From positions 1-36,921 of IMG/VR virus record IMGVR_UViG_3300020045_013551: 36,921 bases of DNA; one strand, 5' to 3'. Numbering within the stretch: the first letter of the stretch is position 1; each line of letters starts with the position of its first letter. Of the stretch, positions 1 to 8,487 are shown piece by piece. The notes beneath the pieces are model-generated. The model did not search any database, was not told where the DNA came from, and saw only the letters and a list, made by a program, of their open reading frames with translations. The translations under genes were made by a program, and so were the position numbers. This DNA is from a virus. Lineage: Duplodnaviria; Caudoviricetes.

Positions 1-108
1 TTATTTTTTGTCTTACTTTTGTTACAGTTATGTGTTACAAATATAATGACTATATTCATTTGTGCAAATAACTTAATGACTTTTTTCATTTATATTATGA
101 AGGCAATA
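1..108. repeat. Perfect 108-bp inverted copy of 1069-1176
   Basis: Reverse complement of 1-108 matches 1069-1176 base for base. Confidence 0.95.
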
Positions 109-281
109 CATTAAAACAATTGAAAGTGTGATAGTTAACAGAAAGCAACAAAAAACAAATTGTACAAAAAGTGAAATTTACTTGCATTGAGGTTTAATTT
201 GTGGCGGCAAAAACGTGGGGATTTAAACGGCGCCGTTAATTAAGTGCAACTATATACCCAAAACACTTGATAATACAAGGC

Positions 282-309
282 AAACAGGCTAAAAACGGCC
301 TGTTTTTTT
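282..309. terminator. Putative intrinsic terminator hairpin
   Basis: AAACAGGC-N8-GCCTGTTT followed by a T run. Confidence 0.5.
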
Positions 310-402
310 ATGCTTTTACGGGTAGTTTTACTGGGTAGTTTGGCCTCTTGTTTTGTGCCGGTGCCAAACTGCTGTTTTCTGCTTAAAATACGATTTGTAC
401 AC

Positions 403-435
403 GAGTTAGTGCCGAGTTAGTGCCAAAGTAGTGCC
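403..435. repeat. Three tandem 11-bp repeats (GAGTTAGTGCC, GAGTTAGTGCC, AAAGTAGTGCC)
   Basis: Directly visible; additional GTGCC copies at 355-365. Confidence 0.85.
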
Positions 436-630
436 AAAAAATAGTGGATTGAATATCCTTTACGTTAGTTTTAAGTTTAAAAAATGGCACTTTTAGTATA
501 GATTGATACCCTTTAATAACTTTTTTAATACACATTGAAGTACCTAAAAAACAAAGCATATCACTGATATACAGCAACATAAGTGCATTAACAGCTAAAA
601 AAGTGTGAAATTCTTTTAAAACGGGGTAAA

Positions 631-1080
631 TCAGATGGCTTCGCTTAGCTTGCTATTGCCATAGTCGGATGATAATCCCTTTCTTTTTTGCCCGTCTTCT
701 ACCGGGATAATATCACTTTTTACGAGGTGTTTGATAAATTGGCTCTGCGTATCGACTTCACGCTTCAGACTATTTATTAATTCGTCTTTAATTTTGCACT
801 GTTCGCATGGATGATAGCTTGTCTTATATTCTTCTGTCGGTTCTTCCACTTTATTTATTTCAATCTCTTTTATCATATCGCCTTTCCCAGTAAGTAACCA
901 AATTGCAGACAACAAAGGACAATAGTCAATGACTTTATTCATTACAGACTCCCCAATATCGGCACTTCTTTTCTTCATTTTGCTTAAATAACCACTTGAA
1001 AAGCCAATCTCCCGTTCAAAAACAGTAGGTTTAATGTTCTGATTTTCAAGATATATGTATAACCTATCTATTGCCTTCAT
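631..1080 (-). CDS. Phage repressor (CI/XRE-like HTH)
   Basis: Likely start MKAIDRLY at 1080; HTH-like FEREIGFSSGYLSK and WLLTGKGDM motif; divergent from the early operon. Confidence 0.85.
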   Translation of the reverse strand: MKAIDRLYIYLENQNIKPTVFEREIGFSSGYLSKMKKRSADIGESVMNKVIDYCPLLSAIWLLTGKGDMIKEIEINKVEEPTEEYKTSYHPCEQCKIKDELINSLKREVDTQSQFIKHLVKSDIIPVEDGQKRKGLSSDYGNSKLSEAI

Positions 1081-1085
1081 AATAT

Positions 1086-1139
1086 AAATGAAAAAAGTCA
1101 TTAAGTTATTTGCACAAATGAATATAGTCATTATATTTG
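1086..1139 (+). promoter_or_regulatory. Early promoter with two palindromic operators
   Basis: Bacteroidota consensus TTTG (1109-1112)-N19-TATATTTG (1132-1139); two AATGA-N6-TCATT palindromes at 1087-1102 and 1117-1132. Confidence 0.75.
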
Positions 1140-1175
1140 TAACACATAACTGTAACAAAAGTAAGACAAAAAATA

Positions 1176-1415
1176 ATGAAAAAACAAATAATTTTTGATG
1201 AAGATATTGAATCGGTAAAAAAACGACTTCCAAAACGGTGTGCATACAGTACAATTTCGGAAATGTTGGGAGGAAAATATACACCGGGAACTATAAGGCA
1301 CATGTTTGCCCAACGTCGCACTATGAGCCCAGTCGTATTGCAGGCAGCGCAAAGCCTAATTGAATTTATTACACCGGATTCAACCCCGGAATCGAATACT
1401 AACCTTAAAAATTAA
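1176..1415 (+). CDS. Ner/Cro-like small DNA-binding protein
   Basis: 79 aa, first gene divergent from the repressor, HTH-like segment YSTISEMLGGKYTPGTIRHMF. Confidence 0.65.
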   Translation: MKKQIIFDEDIESVKKRLPKRCAYSTISEMLGGKYTPGTIRHMFAQRRTMSPVVLQAAQSLIEFITPDSTPESNTNLKN

Positions 1416-1420
1416 AGCGT

Positions 1421-1525
1421 ATGTTATTTGGATTATCAATTGGCATAATTAGCGTCGTTGCTTTATTTGCCGCAGCATGGGTTATTTCCGGATTATTGGT
1501 CAACGAAAAAAAACAAAAATCATGA
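1421..1525 (+). CDS. 34-aa membrane peptide (MLFGLSIGIISVVALFAAAWVISGLLVNEKKQKS)
   Basis: Not in the ORF track; single hydrophobic helix, starts 5 nt after the upstream stop, stop overlaps next ATG (ATGA). Confidence 0.55.
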   Translation: MLFGLSIGIISVVALFAAAWVISGLLVNEKKQKS

Positions 1526-1881
1526 AAACTAATCTTTCGGGAATGGGTACAAATTCAGGTATTTCTGCAACTGGGCGCAAACTTCAAACGGGTAATCCCC
1601 TAATCCTAGAAACCGTTGTTCTTCAAAAACCAGATCAATCACCTTTCGAAAAGCAGCCGGACGAATTTTTGTCTTTACTGAAGAACGAAAATATACCAAG
1701 TCTGATACTTCATCTATCAACTCTGTATGTTCGCGTAAATCAGATTCATCGTAAAACCGGATGTCGAACGATTTCGCGCACTCAATTCCTCGAACAAGTG
1801 CGATGCCATGCAGAATCTCAAGGACTTGTTTTCGATAAACATCTGCAAAAAATTTGTTTTGATAAGTTACCACGTAGTTAA
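1522..1881 (+). CDS. Hypothetical protein (possibly a shadow of the antisense gene)
   Basis: ATG 1522 coupled to the upstream TGA; open to 1881. Confidence 0.35.
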   Translation: MKTNLSGMGTNSGISATGRKLQTGNPLILETVVLQKPDQSPFEKQPDEFLSLLKNENIPSLILHLSTLYVRVNQIHRKTGCRTISRTQFLEQVRCHAESQGLVFDKHLQKICFDKLPRS

Positions 1882-1912
1882 TCTGCCACTTATTAAACCT
1901 TTCTTTTTTCAT
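1529..1912 (-). CDS. Hypothetical protein, antisense to the early operon
   Basis: 127 aa from MKKERFNK at 1912; globular, protein-like composition. Confidence 0.6.
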   Translation of the reverse strand: MKKERFNKWQINYVVTYQNKFFADVYRKQVLEILHGIALVRGIECAKSFDIRFYDESDLREHTELIDEVSDLVYFRSSVKTKIRPAAFRKVIDLVFEEQRFLGLGDYPFEVCAQLQKYLNLYPFPKD

Positions 1913-1952
1913 AACTGATTTTTCTTTAAAAGATAGTAAAAAAATCCTTACG

Positions 1953-4001
1953 ATGTACCAAACTCTCGACAATGCAGTTGCAATAACGGTCAACGACTGG
2001 CTTAGCCTTGGATTCACACACGATCAGCTTAAAAAGGACAGTTCACGAGGACACCTTAAGATCGTGAGCCGATCAATCAATGGTAATACCATGATTGATG
2101 TCAGGTCGATTAAGAGGCCCGACCGGATGCGCATCATTGAGGCCAAGTTTGGTAAGGTAGACGAACCGGTCAAGGTAATTCCAACTTATTCGGTGCAAAT
2201 TGATACAGTTGCCCGCGATTATTACCTGAGATTCCAGAAAAACGATGGTTCGCCGCTTGATTTTGACGACATCGAAGAGTACACCAACCGCGCCAGCATT
2301 CTTAACGGCTTACGCAACGGACTGGAAAAACAACGGATAGCCCGCGCGAAGGCCGGTAAAAAAATGAAGATGGGCGAATTTTGGGAGCAGGCGGTTGACT
2401 GGTACAATGCCCAACTCACCAAATACCCTTGTACAAAAATCTCGAATGCCCGCTCTCTTGAAAGGGTATTTAAAACTTATTTAAACGACGGTTACGACAG
2501 CCTAATACACGGTAACCAGGGCAACGACAACTCGCGCAAAGTTTCAACCTCAATCGAAAATTTATTCCTGGCACTATGGCGTACTTACGACAAACCATTT
2601 GTCACCACGGTTCATCAGCGTTACCTTGAGTTTGTCTCCGGAACAAAAGAACTGCACGACAAAAGCACCGGCGAAATTTTCAACCCCTCCGACTTCAGGC
2701 ACAAAGGCCGCGCGATGGAAGTAACCGAAGCAACTGTCTGGAATTACCTGAAAGACGAAATTAATAACACCTCTGTTTATACCGACCGTAACGGGAACTT
2801 CGATTACATGAACAAAAAACGGCCAAAGCATCAGCGCAAACTCGGCGCTTACTCGCTTAGTAAAATTTCGATGGATGACGTGGCTCTTAGCCGCCAGAGT
2901 GTTCGTGGATGGGTATATAAATACATTGCCGTTGACGTGTTAAGCGGTTACTGGTTCCGCCCGGCTTACGTGGTGGGTAAACCAACCGCCAACACGGTAC
3001 TCGAATCGTTCAGGAACATGTTTTGCGAACTGGCCGAATTAAATATGCCGATGCCTGGCGAACTGGAAGTCGAGTATCACTTGATGCAGGATATCAGTTG
3101 GCTAAATGAGATGTTCCCATTTGTTCGGTTCTGCGAAAGCTTCACTGAGAAACGCGCCGAACATGCCATCAAGGCTTTCAAATATGGAGTATCGAAAAAC
3201 GAGGGCCACACGCGCGGGCGCTGGTATGCCAACCACGAAGCTTACCGGAGCGTCAGAAATAAAGTGAATGGCGACTATGTGATTGAAGGTAAGGAATCTG
3301 ACAAGCTCTTGAACGGAACCATCAGGACAAACAATTTCAAAGCCGATAAATTACAGCCTCAGACCATTGTAGCCGACGATCTGGCCGATGTATTGAAGCA
3401 TAACAAAGAACTGCACCCACTGCAAAAAACTTATCCGGGCATGACCCGCCGCGATGTGCTGATGCAACGCATCAACCCAAACCTTAAAGCAGTTGAAAAC
3501 CGCTACCTGTATAAATTCATTGGCAACGTTACCGAAACGAGCCTTAACAATAATGACTGGTGCTGGATTAACGACGAACGTTTCGAGATTGCCGACTACA
3601 CAGCCATCAAACGCCTGAGGCCAAATAATAACACCATAACCGCTTACTGGATGCCCGAAGCCGATGGCACTTTGCTGAAGGCTTATTTATACCAGGGCGA
3701 TACTTACCTGAGCGAGGCTGTTAACAAGTCGCTAACGGCTTACAACGAGTTTGCCTTCGAGCGCACCGATGACGATAAGGCCGGAATGCTTCACCAGCAG
3801 AAACGCCTGGCAACATTCGACAAGATGATTCGAACCCGCCGTTCCGACATCCCGATTATTGGCAGTATGGACGCCGCTGAAGCCAAAGACCTGAATGAAA
3901 TTAAAACAACCATAGTGCCTGAAACCGTGCAGCCAGCCGGATACGAGTCCGACGAGTTTGATTACGACGATTGGGCAGCTAAAGCTTTAAACGCATTGTA
4001 A
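1953..4001 (+). CDS. MuA-like DDE transposase
   Basis: 682 aa; RNase H-like core segments ISMDDVAL, YIAVDVLSGYW, EKRAEH; immediately followed by an AAA ATPase. Confidence 0.88.
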   Translation: MYQTLDNAVAITVNDWLSLGFTHDQLKKDSSRGHLKIVSRSINGNTMIDVRSIKRPDRMRIIEAKFGKVDEPVKVIPTYSVQIDTVARDYYLRFQKNDGSPLDFDDIEEYTNRASILNGLRNGLEKQRIARAKAGKKMKMGEFWEQAVDWYNAQLTKYPCTKISNARSLERVFKTYLNDGYDSLIHGNQGNDNSRKVSTSIENLFLALWRTYDKPFVTTVHQRYLEFVSGTKELHDKSTGEIFNPSDFRHKGRAMEVTEATVWNYLKDEINNTSVYTDRNGNFDYMNKKRPKHQRKLGAYSLSKISMDDVALSRQSVRGWVYKYIAVDVLSGYWFRPAYVVGKPTANTVLESFRNMFCELAELNMPMPGELEVEYHLMQDISWLNEMFPFVRFCESFTEKRAEHAIKAFKYGVSKNEGHTRGRWYANHEAYRSVRNKVNGDYVIEGKESDKLLNGTIRTNNFKADKLQPQTIVADDLADVLKHNKELHPLQKTYPGMTRRDVLMQRINPNLKAVENRYLYKFIGNVTETSLNNNDWCWINDERFEIADYTAIKRLRPNNNTITAYWMPEADGTLLKAYLYQGDTYLSEAVNKSLTAYNEFAFERTDDDKAGMLHQQKRLATFDKMIRTRRSDIPIIGSMDAAEAKDLNEIKTTIVPETVQPAGYESDEFDYDDWAAKALNAL

Positions 4002-4019
4002 ACTATAAATACTAACCAC

Positions 4020-4946
4020 ATGATCACAACAGAATTCAAAACAAAGGTTATAGAAGAATTGGCCATCGCCCGTGAAAACTTCGATGGCTCAGCTACTCGC
4101 TTTGCCATTTCAATAGGCATAAACAAATCAATCTACAGCCGCATCAAAAAGGGCGAAACTGAACAGGTTCTTGCTGACGCAAAGTGGATAAGTCTAGGTC
4201 GCCGTTTCAATATCAGCTTAAACAACCGCGCTGCATGGCAAACGGCAGAAACACCAGTTTTTCAATTTATAACCACTCAGTTAGAGATTTGCCAGCGTCA
4301 GGGATTGAGTTCCATGCTGGTCGATTTAAGCGACATTGGCAAAACTTATACTGCCGAAATTTATTGCAATAAAAATAAGAATGCAGTTTTCATTGATTGC
4401 AGTAATGCAAAAAGTAAACAAAAGTTAATTCGTCAGATTGCAAAGGGCTTTGGAGTTGGAAGTACCGGAAGGTATGACGATGTGTATGATGATTTGGTTT
4501 TCTACCTGAAAACATTGAAAACGCCTTTAATTGTACTAGACGAAGCCGGGGACCTTGATTATAAGGCATTGCTCGAAGTGAAAGCGCTATGGAATGCGAC
4601 TAAATATTTTTGTGGATTTTACATGATGGGCGCCGATGGCCTTGAAGCAAGGATGCGCAATTCAATCAATTATCAGAAAAATGGTTTTGCTGAACTATTC
4701 AGTCGAGTTGGAAAACGTTACGGCAAAATTATGCCAATTACCATAAAGGTTGAAGAAAAAAAAGCAACCACACAAATGCTTGTTAATCCTGAAATGGCTA
4801 ATCTTCTCAAGGCTACAGCAATGATGATCATTAAGGCCAACGCTCCCGAAGGATCGAACCCCGGCACGATACTCCGCAACACAATGGGCGAAGATGGCCG
4901 CCCCAGCTTACGACGGATCTATAACGAATTGACCAAAGTTCAATGA
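4020..4946 (+). CDS. MuB-like transposition AAA+ ATPase
   Basis: N-terminal HTH, SDIGKT (Walker A variant), LIVLDEAG (Walker B). Confidence 0.88.
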   Translation: MITTEFKTKVIEELAIARENFDGSATRFAISIGINKSIYSRIKKGETEQVLADAKWISLGRRFNISLNNRAAWQTAETPVFQFITTQLEICQRQGLSSMLVDLSDIGKTYTAEIYCNKNKNAVFIDCSNAKSKQKLIRQIAKGFGVGSTGRYDDVYDDLVFYLKTLKTPLIVLDEAGDLDYKALLEVKALWNATKYFCGFYMMGADGLEARMRNSINYQKNGFAELFSRVGKRYGKIMPITIKVEEKKATTQMLVNPEMANLLKATAMMIIKANAPEGSNPGTILRNTMGEDGRPSLRRIYNELTKVQ

Positions 4947-5563
4947 GTCGAGCCTATTCGGTTAAGAATATCTACGATGCGAAATTTGACATTATGCCAT
5001 TTGAAAATGAGTGGCGCGATGCAATTGGCTGCCCTCAGTACTCCGGAACTACGATAATAATGGGACCGCCCAAAAACGGCAAAACTAGCTTTGCAATGAA
5101 ATGGTCGAAGCAATTAGCACGGTTTGGGCGGGTACTTTATCACCCGGTGGAAGAAAAGCTCTCACTATCGATAAAAGAACAATTAGAGAGGGTTGAAATG
5201 ATTGATGTTGGATCGAAATTCATAATGACTAACGGTGATGACAGTGTTGATGAGCTGATTACCCGACTCGACAAACACTGTAGCCCCAATTTTATAGTCA
5301 TTGACTCTATTCAGTTTTGGGATTTACGGTGGGCTGATTACAAACGCTTAAAACAGCGGTTTCCAAACAAGCGGTTCACCTATGTTTCTCACCTGAAAGG
5401 AAATCTGCCTGAAGGGATTACGGCGGAAAGGATTTGGAAAGATGCAGATTCAATTTTTCGGGTCGAAGGTTTTAAGGCTTTTCCGACTGGCCGCTACGGC
5501 GGAGGAGAGCCAATCACAATCAACGAACGATTAGCAAACGAATATTGGGGGTTATCAAAATAA
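4943..5563 (+). CDS. Second P-loop ATPase (RecA/RadA-like fold)
   Basis: GPPKNGKTS Walker A, FIVIDSIQ Walker B. Confidence 0.8.
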   Translation: MSRAYSVKNIYDAKFDIMPFENEWRDAIGCPQYSGTTIIMGPPKNGKTSFAMKWSKQLARFGRVLYHPVEEKLSLSIKEQLERVEMIDVGSKFIMTNGDDSVDELITRLDKHCSPNFIVIDSIQFWDLRWADYKRLKQRFPNKRFTYVSHLKGNLPEGITAERIWKDADSIFRVEGFKAFPTGRYGGGEPITINERLANEYWGLSK

Positions 5564-5566
5564 CAA

Positions 5567-6037
5567 ATGCAAAAAATGGAAAATTTAATTATCAAATCAA
5601 TCTATTCAGAATCAGTTCAGAAAATAGCTAAAAACTCACGACTGAAAGAGTTGGACGTATGGTCGTTGTTTTTCGACTCCGGATGCGATTACCTGGACCA
5701 ATTACGAAACCGAATTTATAACCATTCTGTTTTTCAGGCTCAGTTTGGCGAACTGCTAAGCGTGATAAAGCTAAAACAAACGCCAGCCGAGGCCTTCAGA
5801 GCCATATTAGCCTCACCTTATTTCTGGAACTGGTGGAGCTCGCAATTGTGGCGTGTGTGCTACAATTTCAGTAACGAACCGGAGACTGAAATTTATATCC
5901 GCTTAATGTTCAATACCAGTTTAATACCACAAAGCATCATTTTTAAAATTTTCACAAATGGCGAGCAACAAAAAAACAGTTCAGAGCAAGTTAGAATGCA
6001 AACAGTCGCTAAACACCGAACTAGACAAGTCTGCTGA
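5567..6037 (+). CDS. Hypothetical protein
   Basis: ORF in tightly packed early operon. Confidence 0.65.
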   Translation: MQKMENLIIKSIYSESVQKIAKNSRLKELDVWSLFFDSGCDYLDQLRNRIYNHSVFQAQFGELLSVIKLKQTPAEAFRAILASPYFWNWWSSQLWRVCYNFSNEPETEIYIRLMFNTSLIPQSIIFKIFTNGEQQKNSSEQVRMQTVAKHRTRQVC

Positions 6038-6209
6038 TCGATTGATAGACCTTGAAATACAGCAGCGAAATGGCGATTTTTCGATTGAGCTGGCACGAAA
6101 AATAAACGTTTTGCGCTACCATATTGAATTTTTAGAAAACCGTTTAAACGGATTTTTCGAGGCAAGTTACCGCAACGAATTAGAGGTTGAAGTACCAAAA
6201 AAACAGTAA
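5958..6209 (+). CDS. Hypothetical protein (coiled-coil-like)
   Basis: ORF in early operon, abuts next gene. Confidence 0.6.
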   Translation: MASNKKTVQSKLECKQSLNTELDKSADRLIDLEIQQRNGDFSIELARKINVLRYHIEFLENRLNGFFEASYRNELEVEVPKKQ

Positions 6210-6211
6210 AA

Positions 6212-6454
6212 ATGATTATACAAATACACCTTACCGACACTCAACTGGCCGAATATCTTCACCTAATAGGCTATATAACCGAAATGGTCGACATACCTGA
6301 ATGGCGAACTGAATACCATAACCGCTGCGAGCCGGTAACAGTTGCCCGCCTGCACGTGGTACTATCCGATGGCTCTAAAAAGCCAGCTAAAGAATTCTTC
6401 GAAAAATTGATTGACGAAACGATTATAAATCTTTTAAAAAACAACAAAAAATGA
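6212..6454 (+). CDS. Hypothetical protein
   Basis: Coupled ORF (ATGA overlap with next gene). Confidence 0.7.
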   Translation: MIIQIHLTDTQLAEYLHLIGYITEMVDIPEWRTEYHNRCEPVTVARLHVVLSDGSKKPAKEFFEKLIDETIINLLKNNKK

Positions 6455-6804
6455 AAGACAAAAAAGTAGAATATGAAGCAATGGTAAATAAAGAGGTCGA
6501 TGAAGTTTTCGAAGAATTTATAAAAGCCACTAAAAAACTTGAATCTGTTAAAGACTCAGCAAAAAAAAGGATGCTTCAATTGATTGAAGCAAGGTATGAA
6601 ATTTTTGGCGGAGAACGAACTCAGGTTGCTTTTTCATTTTTTAATAGCGATCAAACAAGGTGTATTTCGATGAGTGAAGTGAAAATAAAAAGCGAGGAAA
6701 CTAATAAGCTTTCATCCATAACCGGTCAGCAAGATATGGTAACTACAATAAGCTTTATGGAAGTGAAAAATAAATCTTTTAAAAAACAACAAAAATGCAA
6801 ATAA
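6451..6804 (+). CDS. Hypothetical protein
   Basis: Coupled ORF in early operon. Confidence 0.7.
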   Translation: MKDKKVEYEAMVNKEVDEVFEEFIKATKKLESVKDSAKKRMLQLIEARYEIFGGERTQVAFSFFNSDQTRCISMSEVKIKSEETNKLSSITGQQDMVTTISFMEVKNKSFKKQQKCK

Positions 6805-7007
6805 CCATTTCAAAACGAACGGCCAATGCGGTTAACCTGGCGATTCGTTTTTTGCTGTGTGGCGTGTCCGACAATGAGACGCATAGCAAGATCGAACCGG
6901 AAAACTTAAAAGTCCTGGGCGTTAACCATGACCAGGTATTCGACTTAATAAAGTTAAGAGATCAGATTAAAAATAATTTAAAACCAAAGAAAAATGGACG
7001 GATTTGA
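6795..7007 (+). CDS. Hypothetical protein
   Basis: Overlapping ORF in early operon. Confidence 0.65.
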   Translation: MQITISKRTANAVNLAIRFLLCGVSDNETHSKIEPENLKVLGVNHDQVFDLIKLRDQIKNNLKPKKNGRI

Positions 7008-7650
7008 CTACAACAAATTAACACCTGAAGAAAAACGCGCATTGCGCGAACAGATTGAAGCTGAAGAACGTGCCGAAAAAGAAAAGGCAAACAAGATGCG
7101 CGATGACTACGAGTCGCTGAAAGAAGAGCAAATCAGTGTATCATTCCGATTTCTTCAAGCACTTTCGCTTAATCTTGAAGAAATCAAGGTTGATATTTTC
7201 AATCAGTTTGGAGCTATCCTGGCAATGAAAAAAGAGCTGTATAACCTTAGTGATGAACAAATGGAGTTGCAACAATCGCATACATTTACCAACAAGGCCA
7301 ATGACAAGTCACTCATCATTGGCTCAAATGCAATCGACGGATGGACCGATGATGTAAATGTTGGTATTCAGGGGATCAATGAATGGATCGACACTAAAAT
7401 TACCGATCCTGATGACCGCGCCATCATTCGTACTTTGCTTAAACCCGATAAAACAGGTGTATTGAAAGCAAACCGGGTGCTCGAATTATCGAACGAAGCC
7501 CATAAACGTGGTGACCAGGAATTGATTAAGCACGTGAATTTTGTGCAAGCTCAGTATCGTCCGGTAAAGACTTCAACCTACGTGAAAGCAAAATTTAAAG
7601 ATGCAAATGGTGTGTGGCAGTGGTTAGCACTTACCATGAGCGCCGTGTAG
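6994..7650 (+). CDS. DUF3164-like protein of transposable phages
   Basis: QQSHTFTN, LKPDKTGVLKANRVLEL and C-terminal WQWLALTMS pattern; typical position in Mu-like phages. Confidence 0.75.
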   Translation: MDGFDYNKLTPEEKRALREQIEAEERAEKEKANKMRDDYESLKEEQISVSFRFLQALSLNLEEIKVDIFNQFGAILAMKKELYNLSDEQMELQQSHTFTNKANDKSLIIGSNAIDGWTDDVNVGIQGINEWIDTKITDPDDRAIIRTLLKPDKTGVLKANRVLELSNEAHKRGDQELIKHVNFVQAQYRPVKTSTYVKAKFKDANGVWQWLALTMSAV

Positions 7651-7672
7651 ATGGTTTATTGATTGATTGATA

Positions 7673-7701
7673 GCCCCCGCGCTGAAATAAGGCGGGGGTT
7701 T
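7673..7701 (+). terminator. GC-rich hairpin, possible terminator or processing site
   Basis: GCCCCCGC-N11-GCGGGGGT followed by only a short T run. Confidence 0.45.
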
Positions 7702-7854
7702 GGCGGCAACAAACAGTGGTATTTTGATAAAAAACAAGATGGTTTAACAAACAGAAAGGAGGTCATTATGAAATAGCAATCATATTTTACTCAGGGGTGG
7801 TTATTCTACCCGCTAAATGCAAATTCAAGTTTAAAAATTTCAACGAATCAGACA

Positions 7855-7870
7855 GCCCGGAAAGACGGGC
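7855..7870 (+). promoter_or_regulatory. Purine-loop hairpin GCCCG-GAAAGA-CGGGC (boxB-like)
   Basis: 5-bp perfect stem with purine-only loop, 4 nt upstream of the tRNA-like element. Confidence 0.4.
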
Positions 7871-7874
7871 AAAT

Positions 7875-7966
7875 GCCGGATTATATCAGTGGCAGATTGG
7901 TAGGCCGCCGGAGTGTTTTCCCGGAGTGGCTGAGAGGCTGGAGTTCGATTCTCCAATTCGGCTCAA
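7875..7966 (+). ncRNA. tRNA-like RNA with non-canonical elongated anticodon arm
   Basis: Acceptor GCCGGAT/ATTCGGC, D-loop AGTGGCA, perfect T arm TGGAG-TTCGATT-CTCCA, 3' TCAA; no standard 5-bp/7-nt anticodon arm. Confidence 0.7.
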
Positions 7967-8003
7967 TGACAATAATGTCAGGAATAACTTAAAATTCAGA
8001 AAA

Positions 8004-8486
8004 ATGCAAAAATGGTTTAAATGTGTAGTCAATTACCTAAAAATTGACGATGACGGAAGGGAGCGAAAAGTAAGCGAACCGTATCTGATTGATGCGGTAA
8101 CGTATACCGATGCTGAAGCTCGCATTATTGCGCAGCTTGCTACAATGGTTCGCGGTGAATTTGTGGTCAAGCAAATTACTCAAACCAATATCGTTGAGAT
8201 TTTCCCTCACGAAGTTGGCGAATGGTGGTTTGTTGGTAAAATATCAATTGTTACCATCGACGAAAAAGCCGGAAAAGAAAAGAAAATCAGCAATCAGTTT
8301 TTAGTTGCAGCCGATGACATTAAACAGGCTTTAAAACGCCTTGAAGAGGGATTAAGTTATGTCATGGTACCGTACACAATTACTGCACTCTCAGTTAGCA
8401 ACATCGTTGACGTTTTCCCATACTTCGAAGATGCTGTAAACAAGCAAATTCCATCGAACCTGAAGCCAATCGAAAAAAGCGAATAA
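8004..8486 (+). CDS. DUF4494-like protein
   Basis: Start MQKWFKC at 8004; KVSEPYLIDAVTYTDAEARI and FLVAADDIKQA patterns typical of this Bacteroidota family. Confidence 0.8.
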   Translation: MQKWFKCVVNYLKIDDDGRERKVSEPYLIDAVTYTDAEARIIAQLATMVRGEFVVKQITQTNIVEIFPHEVGEWWFVGKISIVTIDEKAGKEKKISNQFLVAADDIKQALKRLEEGLSYVMVPYTITALSVSNIVDVFPYFEDAVNKQIPSNLKPIEKSE

Positions 8487-8487
8487 G

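Noticed and set aside
1081-1352. Minus-strand ORFs and the long repressor extension across the switch region
   Set aside because: Overlap the operators, promoter and ner-like gene; not protein-like
4311-4350. Degenerate Walker A in MuB as a sign of inactivation
   Set aside because: GKT and Walker B DE are intact and the ORF is uninterrupted; likely a family variant
7875-7966. Canonical decoding tRNA
   Set aside because: No standard 5-bp stem/7-nt anticodon loop can be assigned; kept as tRNA-like ncRNA
7797-8003. N-terminal extension of the 229-aa ORF
   Set aside because: Runs through the hairpins and tRNA-like RNA; family-like sequence starts at ATG 8004
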